From positions 1 to 55,444 of the forward strand of contig CAVQZQ010000085.1 of the NCBI GenBank assembly GCA_963718435.1: a DNA stretch of 55,444 nt, in the 5' to 3' direction. The notes under the pieces are model-generated. The model was given only the letters and a program-made list of their open reading frames with translations. It did no database searches and had not been told where the DNA came from. This DNA comes from an uncultured Acidobacteriota bacterium. GTDB taxonomy: Bacteria > Acidobacteriota > Terriglobia > Terriglobales > Acidobacteriaceae. The translations under genes and the position numbers were made by a program. This document shows, in pieces, positions 41,718-52,857 of the stretch. Numbering within the stretch: the first letter of the stretch is position 1; each line of letters opens with the position of its first letter.

Positions 41718-43010
41718 ATGAGTTCAGAACCGAACCTCCTCCATCCACGCGATCAACTCATGCAGATGATGGATCGCATTTATCGCTATCGGATGACCAC
41801 CACCTCAGGTGGCAACCTCTCGATTCGCGACACAAATGGAGATGTCTGGGTTACACCCGCTCGCGTCGATAAGGGCAGTCTGCGGCGAGACGACATTGTT
41901 TGTGTCAAGGCAAACGGGACGGTGGAAGGCCTTCATCCTCCATCTTCGGAGCTTCCCTTCCACCAGGCGATTTATCAGGTTCGGCCGGACCTTGGAGCCA
42001 TCGTGCATGCCCATCCGGTGGCCCTGGTGGCATTCAGCATCATCGGGCAGGTTCCGGATACGCGCCTGTTCCACCAAGCCAGCCACATCTGCGGGGCGGG
42101 AGGCTTTGCTCCCTACGCGTTGCCCGGGAGTGCTGCCCTCGGACAAGAGATTGCCAATATTTTTCGACAAGGTTTCAACTGTGTCATTCTTGAAAACCAT
42201 GGGGTGGCCGTGGGAGGCGCAGATTTGCAAGAGGCTTTTCAGCGGTTTGAGATGTTCGAATTCACGGCGAAGACGATCATCAAGGCGAGCATCCTTGGCC
42301 AAGTTCACTATCTGGACGACGAGCAACTGAAGTTGTCGCAAGAAGAACTGCCGGCTCTTGCCGAGTTTGATCGAGCGCCCGCAGACAGCCGGGAAAAAGA
42401 GGCTCGGCGTAAACTAGCCGACTTCATTCGCCGAGGGTACCAGCAACGATTGCTGATCAGCAAGGCGGGGAGCTTTTCAGCCCGATTGGACGACGATTCG
42501 TTTCTCATCACGCCCCACCGGCTGGATCGCAGCGCTGTCGAACTTGAAGATTTCGTTTTGATCTCGGAGGGTAAGCGCGAGCGGGGCAAGACGCCGAGTC
42601 GCGCGACTCCCAATCACCAGGCCATTTACCGTCGCTATCCTCAGATCGTCGCCATCGTGAACGCGTCCCCGGTAAATGGAACGGCCTTCAGCGTGACGGA
42701 CTGCGCGTGTGATTCTCGAACTATTCCTGAGAGCTATGTCTTCCTGCGCGAGGTGCAGAAGATTCCTTTTGGAATTCAATTTGCGGATGGCGAAGAACTG
42801 GCGCAACGCATGTCCCCGCGCAATCCCATTGCGCTTCTCGAGAACGATGGGGTACTCGTTCTGGGCACCAGCATCCTCGACGCATTCGATCGCCTGGAGG
42901 TTCTGGAGTCAACTGCGGAGGCACTCATCAACAGCCGTCCTCTGGGCCAAGTCACGCCCATGTCTGACAGCGTGATCAAGGAACTGGCCACAGCCTTTTC
43001 GTTGGATTGA
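41718..43010 (+). CDS. Tandem class II aldolase/adducin-domain protein (two fuculose-phosphate-aldolase-like domains)
   Basis: GAGG RBS then ATG at 41718. Two class II aldolase modules are present: [14 protein letters not shown]...[13 protein letters not shown] and ...[27 protein letters not shown].... Confidence 0.75.
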   Translation: MSSEPNLLHPRDQLMQMMDRIYRYRMTTTSGGNLSIRDTNGDVWVTPARVDKGSLRRDDIVCVKANGTVEGLHPPSSELPFHQAIYQVRPDLGAIVHAHPVALVAFSIIGQVPDTRLFHQASHICGAGGFAPYALPGSAALGQEIANIFRQGFNCVILENHGVAVGGADLQEAFQRFEMFEFTAKTIIKASILGQVHYLDDEQLKLSQEELPALAEFDRAPADSREKEARRKLADFIRRGYQQRLLISKAGSFSARLDDDSFLITPHRLDRSAVELEDFVLISEGKRERGKTPSRATPNHQAIYRRYPQIVAIVNASPVNGTAFSVTDCACDSRTIPESYVFLREVQKIPFGIQFADGEELAQRMSPRNPIALLENDGVLVLGTSILDAFDRLEVLESTAEALINSRPLGQVTPMSDSVIKELATAFSLD

Positions 43011-43462
43011 TCTGCGCAAGGGCCGATTGAATGCGGGCAGCGCGGCTGAGGTCAGGATTGGCCCCGGTGGCGGTCACTCTGTCCGCGCTGTTTCTCCAAA
43101 CAGGCGCACTGCTTCGAGTGAATCCGGCGAGACAGTTCCGTCTTCGTACATGAGGAGATTGAAACTGAGGGCCAGGTGGCGGGCTTTAGCATACTTCGCC
43201 ATGCTCACAATTTTCTCGGAACGGAAAGGTCGGCGATGCTGCCAGTCCCCGGAATGCAAGGTGCAAACGGATTGGACCTGCAGGACGGAGGTGTTTTGCC
43301 GCCTCCGATGCACCAGATTCCTGTGTTTGCGTCCCAGTCATTGTCATAGCGCAGGCTGGCAGCGATGGCATAGCATGAGTTCAGTCGCTGGTTGGTATGC
43401 CGCTATCTTTTGGGACGGTGCCAATGGGAGACCAGGCTAGAAGAAGAGCAAAGAAAGTGGGA

Positions 43463-45116
43463 AATGAATATGTCATCCTATGCAATTCCTGAAGTATTGA
43501 AGCCTTCTTCTGTTGCGGGCGATGAGGCGATTCTGGTTGCCAACGGAGATTTGCGTCAATCGGCCAACCAGGTTTGCTGGGCAGCGCAGGCGGGGCTTGA
43601 ACAGATGCTGACCGAAGCCTTTCTTGAAGAAGGGATCAAGCTGCGCCGAGCGCACGCTTACAATCCGGCTCTGAAGCACGGCTTTATCTCGGGCCAGCGC
43701 ATGGGCATGGATGTCTTCGCGCAGATTCATCCCGAAGCTCCTCTGGTGGTCGCCGAAGCAGTGTGGCAATACAGCGGTCATCTCTGGGCGGGACTGGTGA
43801 CGCATCGCGGCCCGATTCTTACCGTCGCAAATTGGTCCGGGCAGTGGCCGGGGCTGGTGGGCATGCTCAATCTGAATGGGTGCCTTCGCAAGGCCGGAAT
43901 TCCCTTCAGCACGCTCTGGAGCAAGGATTTCAAGGACCCCTTTTTCAAGAACGGCCTCAAGCAGTGGATCAAGGACAAGGTCGTAGTGCACGATACATCG
44001 CATGTGCATGAGTTTGTTCCCGAGCGAGTAGGTGAGGCCGAGCGGACCCTTGGAAGCGCCCTGGCAAACCAGTTGCAGAGCAAGAAGGCCATTCTGGGCG
44101 TCTTCGATGAGGGTTGCATGGGCATGATGAATGCCATCGTTGAGGATTCCCTGATGAACCCCGCCGGCATCTACAAGGAGCGGCTCAGCCAATCGGCCCT
44201 TTATGCCGCGATGCGCGATGTGACGTCCGATGAGGCGCAAGCGGTGCGGGACTGGCTTGACAAGAGCGGCATGCGATTCATCACCGGCAGCAGCGAGGCC
44301 GAGGACCTGACCGATGCGCAGATTCTCGATCAGTGCAGGATGTATATTGCCGCTTTGCGCATTGCCGACGAGTTCGGCTGTGACGCCGTCGGCATTCAGT
44401 ATCAGCAGGGTCTCAAGGACCTTGTGCCGGCTTCCGATTTGGTCGAAGGACTGCTGAACAATGTTGACCGTCCGCCTGCCTACAGCCGCGACGGTCGTGA
44501 ACTCTATGCTGGGAAGCCGCTACCCCACTTCAACGAGGTGGATGAATGCGTGGGCGTGGATGCGGTGGTGACCAACCGCGTCTGGACGGCGATGGGGCTG
44601 GACCCGGCTACGACTTTGCACGATGTGCGCTGGGGCGAGCAATACACGGCCGACGGCATCGACGAGTTCGTATGGCTGTTCCAGATTTCGGGGGCCGTGC
44701 CGGCCTCGCACCTGGTGGGCGGCTACAAAGGCGCGGTCAGCGAGCGGCAGCCATCGATGTATTTTCGCCTGGGCGGCGGCACGCTGAAGGGCGTGTGCAA
44801 GCCTGGGGAAGTGGTCTGGAGCCGGGTGTATGTTGAGGGCGGCAGCCTGAATGTCGACCTGGGGCGGGCCACGGCGATCTCCCTGCCCGAAGCGGAGACC
44901 ACCCGGCGCTGGAAGGAAGTGACTCCGCAATGGCCCATCATGCATGTGCTGTTGCATGGCGTGGACCAGAATCAGTTCATGGCCCGTCATCCTTCAAATC
45001 ACGTCAATGTGGCCTATGCGCCGACAAGCGAAGAGGCTGACCGGGCATTGGCAGCAAAAGCAACCATGTTCCACGAGATGGGCCTGCATGTTCATCTTTG
45101 CGGAGTTGAACTCTAG
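43463..45116 (+). CDS. L-fucose/L-arabinose isomerase-family sugar isomerase (FucI/AraA-like)
   Basis: 550-aa intact ORF with a C-terminal region HPSNHVNVAYAPTSEE...HVHLCG resembling Mn-dependent FucI/AraA C-domains. Assignment is by overall architecture only, and the start (43463 or 43469) is uncertain. Confidence 0.55.
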
Positions 45117-45153
45117 ATTCAACACGACAGTTTGGAATTCATAAGGAATCCAC

Positions 45154-45480
45154 TTGAAAAGATATGGAATGGTGATCGGACTTAAGCCGGAGTGCGAGGA
45201 CGCATACCGGGTCGCTCACCGCGAGGTTCCCGCCGCGATCCTCAGCATGATCAAGGAATGCAACATTCGCAACTATTCGATCTTTATCCGCAACTACGTC
45301 TTGTACAGCTATTTCGAATATGTTGGGGTGGACTTCAAAACAGATATGGCGAAGATGGCCGCAGACCCGGCTACGCAGGAATGGTGGAGCCGCATGCAAC
45401 CGATGCAGTTACCGTTTGAGGATCGGGCCGCTGAGGAATGGTGGGCTGCGATGGAAGAGGTGTTTCACTTTGACGGATGA
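45154..45480 (+). CDS. rhaM: L-rhamnose mutarotase (RhaM/YiiL family)
   Basis: 108-aa ORF MKRYGMVIGLKPECEDAYRVAHREVPAAILSMIKECNIRNYSIFIRN...QEWWSRMQPMQ...EVFHFDG matches the RhaM fold signature. Confidence 0.7.
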   Translation: MKRYGMVIGLKPECEDAYRVAHREVPAAILSMIKECNIRNYSIFIRNYVLYSYFEYVGVDFKTDMAKMAADPATQEWWSRMQPMQLPFEDRAAEEWWAAMEEVFHFDG

Positions 45481-45821
45481 GACGATCCGCGGTTGTGTTT
45501 CGGGGCGCCGGCATCTCAGGGCGCATCACATCGCTATAGCATCCTCACGATGGCGCAATTGAAGACGCGGGACGAGGTTTATCTTCTACAACGGCCCTAC
45601 ACGTTTCGGTATTCGTGCAGCTCCGTTCGTCGCGGATCGCCTCACTTTGGCGTGCTGACGGGGCATAGCCCGCATTCCGTGGCTGTCGGGGATTACACCT
45701 CCGCCCCTTCTCCTATAGCATTCGATTCTGAAGAGGTTCGACGCAGACGGGCTGCCATTATTCGATCGTCAACCCTATGGCGTCAGTTTCGTCTAAAGAA
45801 CTGGAAGTGTGTCGCCGATCC

Positions 45822-47042
45822 ATGAATAAACAGATCATGATGCGAATTCGAACGATTCTGGCATATGCCGCCCCGACGTTGGCTATGGCGTGGCTGCCCG
45901 CCGCCAGTTCTGCGCAGGAACCTGCGACGGACAAGCCTGCTTTGACCATGCATGTGCAGGCGCGCGAAGTGCTGCTGCCGGTGACGGTGCGCGACAAGCA
46001 CGGCGCGCTCGTGACCGATCTTCAGAAAAGCGACTTCACTTTGACTGAAGACGGCCGTCCGCAGGTCATCAAGAGTTTTGCGCGCGAGACGAACCTGCCT
46101 TTCAAACTCGGACTGCTGGTGGATACGAGCCGCAGCGTATCAGGCGCGATGGAGAATGAACGTAAGGCGGCGGGAACATTTGTGGACCAGATGCTGCCGG
46201 GGGATCCCGCCGCGGCGTCGGCTTCGGGAAGCACTGCCGGGCCCGCGGCCGCTGCGAGCCCCGCGCCTTCTGCGAATGACCAGGCCTTTCTGCTCCATTT
46301 TGACCGTGAAGTGGAACTGCTGCAAGACTTCACCAACTCGCGGGAGAAGCTTCACAAGGAACTGGACGACATGGGGTCCACTTCACGAACACAGGACGAC
46401 CGTGATGGGCCGGAGACCACAGGAGACAACCGCGATCATTCGCGCCGGGCGGGCACACAGCTTTACGATGCGATCTTCCTGGCCTCCGATGAACTGATGA
46501 AGCCCAAAGACGGGCACAAAGCGCTGGTCGTTTTTTCAGACGGAGCGGACCGAGGCAGCAAGGAGACACTAAACGACGCGATTGATGCGGCTGAGCGCGC
46601 CAACGTGTCGATCTACACCATCTACTTCAAGGGCGAACAAGAGCGCACCAACAGCGGATTTCCTGGCGGTGGGCGGCGTGGCGGAATGGGTGGCGGCTGG
46701 CCAGGCGGCGGCGGAGGTTATCCGGGGGGAGGCGGAGGCTATCCGGGGGGCGGTGGCGGACGGCGAGGCGGCGGTGAGCCCCAGATAGACGGCAAGAAAA
46801 TCATGGAGCAGATTGCCACACGCACCGGCGGCAGGTATTTCGATATGAAGAAGAAGGAAGACCTGGAGGAGATTTACGGATTGATAGCCACCGAGTTGCG
46901 CGGGCAGTATCTGCTGACCTATACGCCGGACAAGGTTGATACCGACGGCGGATTTCACAAGATCGCGCTGAAGGCGGAGAAGAATGATCTGACCGTGGTC
47001 ACGCGGGAAGGATATTTCGCACCGGGCGGCGACTCCAAGTAA
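45822..47042 (+). CDS. Secreted VWA-domain protein of the VWFA-related acidobacterial type, with a Gly-rich insert
   Basis: Signal peptide MNKQIMMRIRTILAYAAPTLAMAWLPAASSAQ. An N-terminal beta-rich module (LTMHVQAREVLLPVTVRDKHGALVTDLQKSDFTLTEDGRPQVIKSF) is typical of the acidobacterial VWFA-related family. A VWA core (LVVFSDGADRGS, SIYTIYF) and a GGGYPGGGGG insert follow. Confidence 0.7.
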   Translation: MNKQIMMRIRTILAYAAPTLAMAWLPAASSAQEPATDKPALTMHVQAREVLLPVTVRDKHGALVTDLQKSDFTLTEDGRPQVIKSFARETNLPFKLGLLVDTSRSVSGAMENERKAAGTFVDQMLPGDPAAASASGSTAGPAAAASPAPSANDQAFLLHFDREVELLQDFTNSREKLHKELDDMGSTSRTQDDRDGPETTGDNRDHSRRAGTQLYDAIFLASDELMKPKDGHKALVVFSDGADRGSKETLNDAIDAAERANVSIYTIYFKGEQERTNSGFPGGGRRGGMGGGWPGGGGGYPGGGGGYPGGGGGRRGGGEPQIDGKKIMEQIATRTGGRYFDMKKKEDLEEIYGLIATELRGQYLLTYTPDKVDTDGGFHKIALKAEKNDLTVVTREGYFAPGGDSK

Positions 47043-47051
47043 TGCAGCGTA

Positions 47052-47900
47052 TTAGACCTGAACCCTCTCTTTGGGGAGCGCTTTCGGCGTGCTCGCGGGA
47101 ACCTCTTCCTCGGTTACTACGAAGAAGTGGCACAGGTCTGCCTGTCCAAATGAAGTGGTCATGGCTACGTCGGAAGCGTCGCGGCCCGTTGCAACCAGAA
47201 CCCGGCCGATGCGGGGCGTATTGTGGCGGGCATCGAAGGTCCACCAGCGGTTGTCCAGGTAAGCTTCAAACCATGCGCTGAAATCCATGGGGCCGCCCGG
47301 CGGGACGCCAATGTCGCCCAGATAACCTGTCGCGTAGCGGGCAGGAATATTTAAGGCGCGGCAAAAGGTAATGGCAAGATGCTGAAAATCGCGGCATACG
47401 CCCACCCGTTCCGTGAGGACGTCGAGAGCGGTTTTTGATGGACGGGTCTGGCTGTAGTTGAAAGTGACTTTGGCCTGGACCCAATCGCAAATGGCCTGCA
47501 CACGGCTCCATCCAGATCTCGTGTTGCCGAATAGCTCGAGGGCGAGTGGAGACAAGCGATCCACCTCGCAATAACGGCTGCTGAGAAGATAGCTGAGCAT
47601 TTCATTGGGCAGATCGCCGACGGCGGGTGCGCGCGCAGACAGGTTGACGGGATCGGGGTTGCCGGAGTCGCGAATGAGCGCGGAACTGGCGAGCCGGAGC
47701 GGACCCGGTGGCGCAACGAATCGGGTACAACGATTGCCGAAACTATCGATATAGCTGGAAAGCTTCAGGTTGGGCTCGGTATGTATCTCGTCAGGCTCCG
47801 CAAGGTCGGGCACGCGCGAGGGATGAACGTTGAGCAGCGCAACCATGGCAACCGGGGCGGGAATCTGAAATTGGATATCGTATCCCACTCGAATCAACAT
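47052..47900 (-). CDS. Transglutaminase-like family protein with N-terminal bacterial TGase-N domain
   Basis: 282-aa intact ORF with MLIRVGYDIQFQIPAPVAMVALLNVHPS (Bact_transglu_N-like) and a TGase core Cys motif (TERVGVCRDFQHLAITFCRALNIPARYATGY). Confidence 0.75.
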   Translation of the reverse strand: MLIRVGYDIQFQIPAPVAMVALLNVHPSRVPDLAEPDEIHTEPNLKLSSYIDSFGNRCTRFVAPPGPLRLASSALIRDSGNPDPVNLSARAPAVGDLPNEMLSYLLSSRYCEVDRLSPLALELFGNTRSGWSRVQAICDWVQAKVTFNYSQTRPSKTALDVLTERVGVCRDFQHLAITFCRALNIPARYATGYLGDIGVPPGGPMDFSAWFEAYLDNRWWTFDARHNTPRIGRVLVATGRDASDVAMTTSFGQADLCHFFVVTEEEVPASTPKALPKERVQV

Positions 47901-48096
47901 GGTGGCCTCAGGTGCTGACTGCTCTTATGAGCTGGAATCTGTGAATGGCTTCGCTCCGCTGCGTTCCCGCCGGGAGAAGCTACGTTAGTTGATCGCGCAC
48001 GGGTCCGGACCGAGGAGAGGAATTCAACGGACCCGAAATGGCCACCGCCCCGGAATCGCGGAGCGATGGCATGGGGAAAAACTATCGGATTACCGC

Positions 48097-48690
48097 TTAG
48101 ACAAGTGCCTTGGACCTGGGCTCAACTTGCTCCTTTACCTGGAGGAGGTCATCGAAAAGCGCGCGGTAGTGGATCATGGCGGTGCGCAATTCTTCGGTGG
48201 TCGCCTCGTTTCTTGCGGCGCGCTGACTTATAGCATACGCGGAACGATAGGGTTCGACGAGGCGAGCGTGGTCAACTGAAATGTCGGCGACACGCTGATC
48301 GAAGCCCGCTTCAGGAAAACCCCGCGCGTGCAGAACGGAGTTGACCAGCTCATCGGCTTCAGTGACAGCACCTCGTGGACGATCAACAAAGTGGGATTGT
48401 ACGGCTTCCCAATCAGCGATGTAGCGCGCGCGTTCGGCATCGGAGAGGTCGCGAATCTGGAAATGCCGCACGCGTTTGACGCGGGCAAGAAGTCTTGCTT
48501 CGGCCTTGCGGCTGTCCCGGTCTTCTCGAACTGCCTGATCGTACTCGGGTCCAAAACGGTTCCGCAGTTGCACGGTCGTTCTCTTGTGTTGTCGTACCGC
48601 AAACGCGAGAGCGATCACGACGATGAGGATCACCGCGATCAAGCCAATGAGTACGGGAGGGCTGGTGAGAGTCGAAGAATCGAAATGCAT
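48097..48690 (-). CDS. Membrane-anchored hypothetical protein
   Basis: AGGAG RBS sits 9 nt before ATG 48690. An N-terminal TM helix (PPVLIGLIAVILIVVIALAFAV) is followed by a charged helical region (RNRFGPEYDQAVREDRDSRKAEARLLARVKR...). Confidence 0.45.
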   Translation of the reverse strand: MHFDSSTLTSPPVLIGLIAVILIVVIALAFAVRQHKRTTVQLRNRFGPEYDQAVREDRDSRKAEARLLARVKRVRHFQIRDLSDAERARYIADWEAVQSHFVDRPRGAVTEADELVNSVLHARGFPEAGFDQRVADISVDHARLVEPYRSAYAISQRAARNEATTEELRTAMIHYRALFDDLLQVKEQVEPRSKALV

Positions 48691-49134
48691 GGTGGCAATC
48701 TCCTGCTTCCTGGTGCCTTTCTGGTATCCGGGCCTGGGCGGTGTCGAGAATCGATAGCATGTGACTCGCAAACTTCGCCGGCTATGGCCGGATGGTCCAA
48801 CTCTTGGGATGAGAATCGCGCGTCTACTGTTGCTTGACGGCGCTGGGTGGTGGGGAAAGCGGGTAGTTGCACGGAGATGAGACTCTAAGCTAGAGCATTT
48901 CCCCTGATGGTGTTGTGGGTGAACAATTCCCTCAGGGGCCAAAACCCCAGATTTCATGCACCTTTACGCCACCAGGAGAACTGCTCTAAGGCTCCGTATA
49001 TCAATGGCTCAATGCGCGGCGCTGGAATATCCACTGCGCTTGAAGATTCGGGATCGAGGCTCGAACAGGGGAATCACTGAACGCAGCAAGGGCGCCCGCG
49101 TTGCGGACGCCCTTGTGTTTTGACGGTTGACGGA

Positions 49135-51810
49135 TCAGCAGGTGCCGTTGTGGATGTCTGGCCCCGTCTGTTGCTCCTGGAGTGCCGCTTGCGCAGCGGC
49201 GAGCCTTGCGGTCAACAACCGGAAGGGTGAGCAGGATACATAGTTGAGCCCGATCTTGTGGCAGAACTTGACGGAATCCGGATCGCCGCCATGTTCGCCG
49301 CAGATGCCGACCTTAAGGTTGGGCCGGGTGTTGCGTCCTTTAGCCGTGGCCATCTTTACCAGAGCGCCCACGCCAGGGATGTCAAGAGTGGCGAAGGGAT
49401 CCTGTTTGAAGATGCCGGCCTTGAGGTACGCGGGCAGGAAGTTGTTGATGTCATCGCGCGAGATGCCGAAGGTGGTCTGAGTGAGATCGTTGGTCCCGAA
49501 GCTGAAGAACTCGGCTTCTTCGGCAATCTGGTCAGCCGTGAGAGCAGCACGCGGCAGTTCGATCATAGTGCCGACCATGTAGTCGACTTTGGCGTTCCTT
49601 CTCCTTGAAGACTTCATCGGCCACGCGACGAACGATTGTCGCCTGGTGACGCATCTCCTCGATCGAGCCGATGAGCGGAATCATGATCTCGACGTGCGGA
49701 TCGCCGCCCTTTTTCTTAACCGCAACCGCAGCCTCGATGATGGCTTGCGCCTGCATCTCGGTAATCTCGGGGAAGGTGATGCCGAGACGGCATCCGCGCA
49801 ACCCGAGCATGGGGTTCATCTCGTGGAGTTCTTCAACGCGCGCCAGCAGCGTGCGCAGCTCCTTGAGCTTGGGTGAGCGCGGCTTGGTTTCTTCGAGGCG
49901 CGCGATCTGAACCAGCAGATCTTCGCGCTTGGGCAGAAACTCGTGCAGCGGCGGATCGAGCAGGCGAATGGTGACCGGCAGCGATTCCATTGATTTGAAG
50001 AGGCCCACAAAGTCGGCACGCTGCATGGGAAGAAGTTTCTTCAACGCAGCGCGGCGATCTTTTTCGTTGTCGGCCAGGATCATGGCGCGCATGTGCTCGA
50101 TGCGATCTTCGGCAAAGAACATGTGCTCGGTGCGGCATAGGCCGATGCCTTCGGCGCCGAAGAGGCGCGCCTGTTTGGCATCGCGCGGGATATCGGCGTT
50201 GGCACGGATGCGCAGCTTGCGCAGCGGATCGACCCAGGCCATGAACTTGACCAGATCGGGATCGTCCGGTTGCGCATCGAGGGTCTTGAGCTTGCCGTCA
50301 ATGACGCGGCCGGTTGTGCCATCGAGCGAGAGCCAGTCTCCATGCTTGAAGGTGTGACCCTTTACGCGGAGTTCCCTTTTGGCTTCATCGACGACGCAGT
50401 CACCGGCGCCGGCAACGCAGCACTTACCCATGCCGCGGGTGACAACTGCGGCGTGTGAGGTCATGCCACCGCGCGAAGTGAGAATGCCCGAGGCAACTTC
50501 CATTCCGGCGATATCTTCCGGAGTGGTTTCGCCGCGGACAAGGATGACGGACTTAAAGGAACCGTTGGTGTGGTGTTTGACCGCGTCTTCAGCGGTGAAG
50601 ACGATCTGTCCCACGGCCGCGCCCGGTGAGGCGGGCAAGCCAGTGGCGAGGACTTCGATCTTCTCGCCCTTTTCAACGAGGCGCGGAACCAGGAAGTCAT
50701 ACAACTGGTTGGGCTCGACGCGGAAGATGGCTTCCTCTTGCGTGATGAGTCCTTCGCGGACCATGTCGATAGCCACGCGTACGGCGGCGAGGCCGGTGCG
50801 TTTGCCATTGCGGGTCTGCAGCATGTAGAGCTTGCCATCCTGGATGGTGAACTCGAAATCCTGCATATCGCGATAATGCTTTTCCATCTTGCGGGTGATG
50901 TCGCGCAGCTGCTCGTAGACCTTGGGCATGGCGCGTTCGAGCTCGCTGATGGACAGCGGGGTGCGGACGCCGGACACGACATCCTCGCCCTGTGCATTCA
51001 TCAGGTACTCGCCGAAGAAGATATGCTCGCCGGTGGCGGGATTGCGGGTGAAGCCAACGCCTGTGCCGGAGTTTTCGCCGAGGTTGCCGAAGACCATGGC
51101 CTGTACGTTGACGGCAGTGCCCAGCCAGTCGTCGATGCGGTTGATGCGGCGATAGGTCTTGGCGCGCTCGTTCTGCCAGCTTCTGAAGACGGCATCGCGC
51201 GCCGCCACGAGTTGCATCCAGCGGATCCTGCGGGAATTCCTTGCCGGTTTCCTTCTTCACCAGCTTCTTGTATTCGGTGATGATCTCATGAGCGCGTCAG
51301 GCGTCAGCTCGTAATCGAACTTGACTTTCTGGCTGCCTTGACCGAGTCGAAAACGTGCTCAAACTTCTTCTTCGGGATGTCGAGCACGACGTCGCCGAAC
51401 ATCTGGATCAGGCGGCGATAGGAGTCATACGCGAAACGGGGATTGTTGCTGCGCTTGGCGAGCGCTTCAACGGCCTTGTCATTCAGGCCAAGGTTGAGAA
51501 TGGTGTCCATCATGCCGGGCATGGAAAACTTGGCGCCCGAGCGGACCGAAACCAGCAGCGGATTCTCGCCCATGCCAAGCTTCTGGCCCTGCATCTTTTC
51601 AAGCTGCTCAGCGCGGCAGCATCTCGTCGTCGATCTGCGGATTGAGCTTGCCGCGCATGTACTCGCGGCATGCCTCGGTCTGGATGGTGAATCCTGGGGG
51701 GACCGGCAGGCCGGCGTTGGTCATTTCAGCCAGGCCGGCACCTTTGCCGCCCAGCACGTCTTTCATGCGGCCATTGCCATCTGCAGTTCCGCCGCCGAAG
51801 AAATAAACAT
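49135..51810 (-). CDS. ppdK: Pyruvate, phosphate dikinase, full-length footprint but interrupted by at least 5 frameshifts
   Basis: The N-terminus [48 protein letters not shown] is in ORF 51608..51967. [27 protein letters not shown] is in ORF 51304..51594. The central part [16 protein letters not shown]...[15 protein letters not shown]...[24 protein letters not shown] is in ORF 49532..51217. The C-terminus [37 protein letters not shown]...[18 protein letters not shown] is in ORF 49135..49617. Confidence 0.85.
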
Positions 51811-52235
51811 ATTGATTGGGCGTTGAGGTTGAGTCTCGCCTGTCCGGCGAGAGGGCGGATCCACCACGCCCTGCGTCATGGGATATAGCCTCCGTATGTA
51901 GGATTTTCGCCCAGGCGGCGAGGAACTGCCGCCGAGGGACTTCGAACCCCGCGACTGCGGCTGCCATGACAAGTGTGGCGAACGGATTAGCTCAGCAATG
52001 GGAAAGACGGTAAAAGACTAAGCGCGTGCAGTCATCCAGACATTTGGCGGCGCCTCGCGGCGTTCAATCCGTCGCATTTACAAATAGCGCCGCAAGTATA
52101 CACTTGCCTGTGTTCCTCGTCACAGACCATTCGCCGGTCCAGCGCGTCACGCCCTATTGATTGGGTGGGAATTTTCGAAAAATGCTGCGCGAACTCCGCG
52201 CCAAATCAGCGGGTAGAAGCGGCCGCGAAGAAAAA

Positions 52236-52559
52236 TCAGGCGGCGGACCGCTCAAGCATGCCGGGAACGTGCGGGCATTGGGAACCGCATCGTGGGAAAG
52301 AAAAAGCGGTCGAGCACCCACCACGGCCGAGAATCTCAGCCACCCGTTCGGCTTGACGTTGACCACCGTGAATTATGGCCTGCGCTTTCGCGCTGCGTAG
52401 AGGGCGAGCAGCGCGGTGATGCCCGGCAGCGTCAATGCGTTCCACGCGAGCCAGATCGAGCGTCACGCTGTGGTCGAGCACCAGCGGGCGCGAGCCGTTC
52501 CACAGGGATTGATCCTGGCCTCGGACGAATTCGTGCATTTCTCCGAGGGCTACGAGCAT
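52236..52559 (-). CDS. Possible STAS-domain anti-sigma-factor antagonist, with 2 frameshifts (tentative)
   Basis: LVLDHSVTLDLARVERIDAAG is followed after a frame change by ITALLALY..., then AERVAEILGRGG, weakly resembling SpoIIAA-like STAS proteins. Confidence 0.3.
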   Translation of the reverse strand: MLVALGEMHEFVRGQDQSLWNGSRPLVLDHSVTLDLARVERIDAAGHHRAARPLRSAKAQAIIHGGQRQAERVAEILGRGGCSTAFSFPRCGSQCPHVPGMLERSAA

Positions 52560-52857
52560 CGATTCAGATGAATCGAAGGAACGCCATTCAGTTAGGGCAC
52601 TTCTGTGGCCATGAAAAATTTTCCTTGCAGCGGAGACCGGTTATGTGATCGGGCCGCGCAAATGGGTGCGACCTTTGCCGGTAACGTTGCACTCCGGACG
52701 CCAAACCGGCCCGGAAGGGAATATGCTGAAATCACAGGGGATGCGGCGATTGCCGATTTCGGACTGCTCCTCGGTTGCCAGTGTCCGGATTCGATTTTCA
52801 GCGTCCACAATCGAACAGGTTATAGCTATCTACGCAGAAAACGGGTAGACAAGTTCC

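Noticed and set aside
43473-44240. 255-aa minus-strand ORF
   Set aside because: Antisense to the FucI/AraA-like isomerase gene.
49090-49135. Hairpin AAGGGCGCCCGCGTTGCGGACGCCCTT as the ppdK terminator
   Set aside because: Its U-tract (GTGTTTTGA) is on the plus strand, whereas ppdK is on the minus strand. It may act bidirectionally but cannot be assigned confidently.
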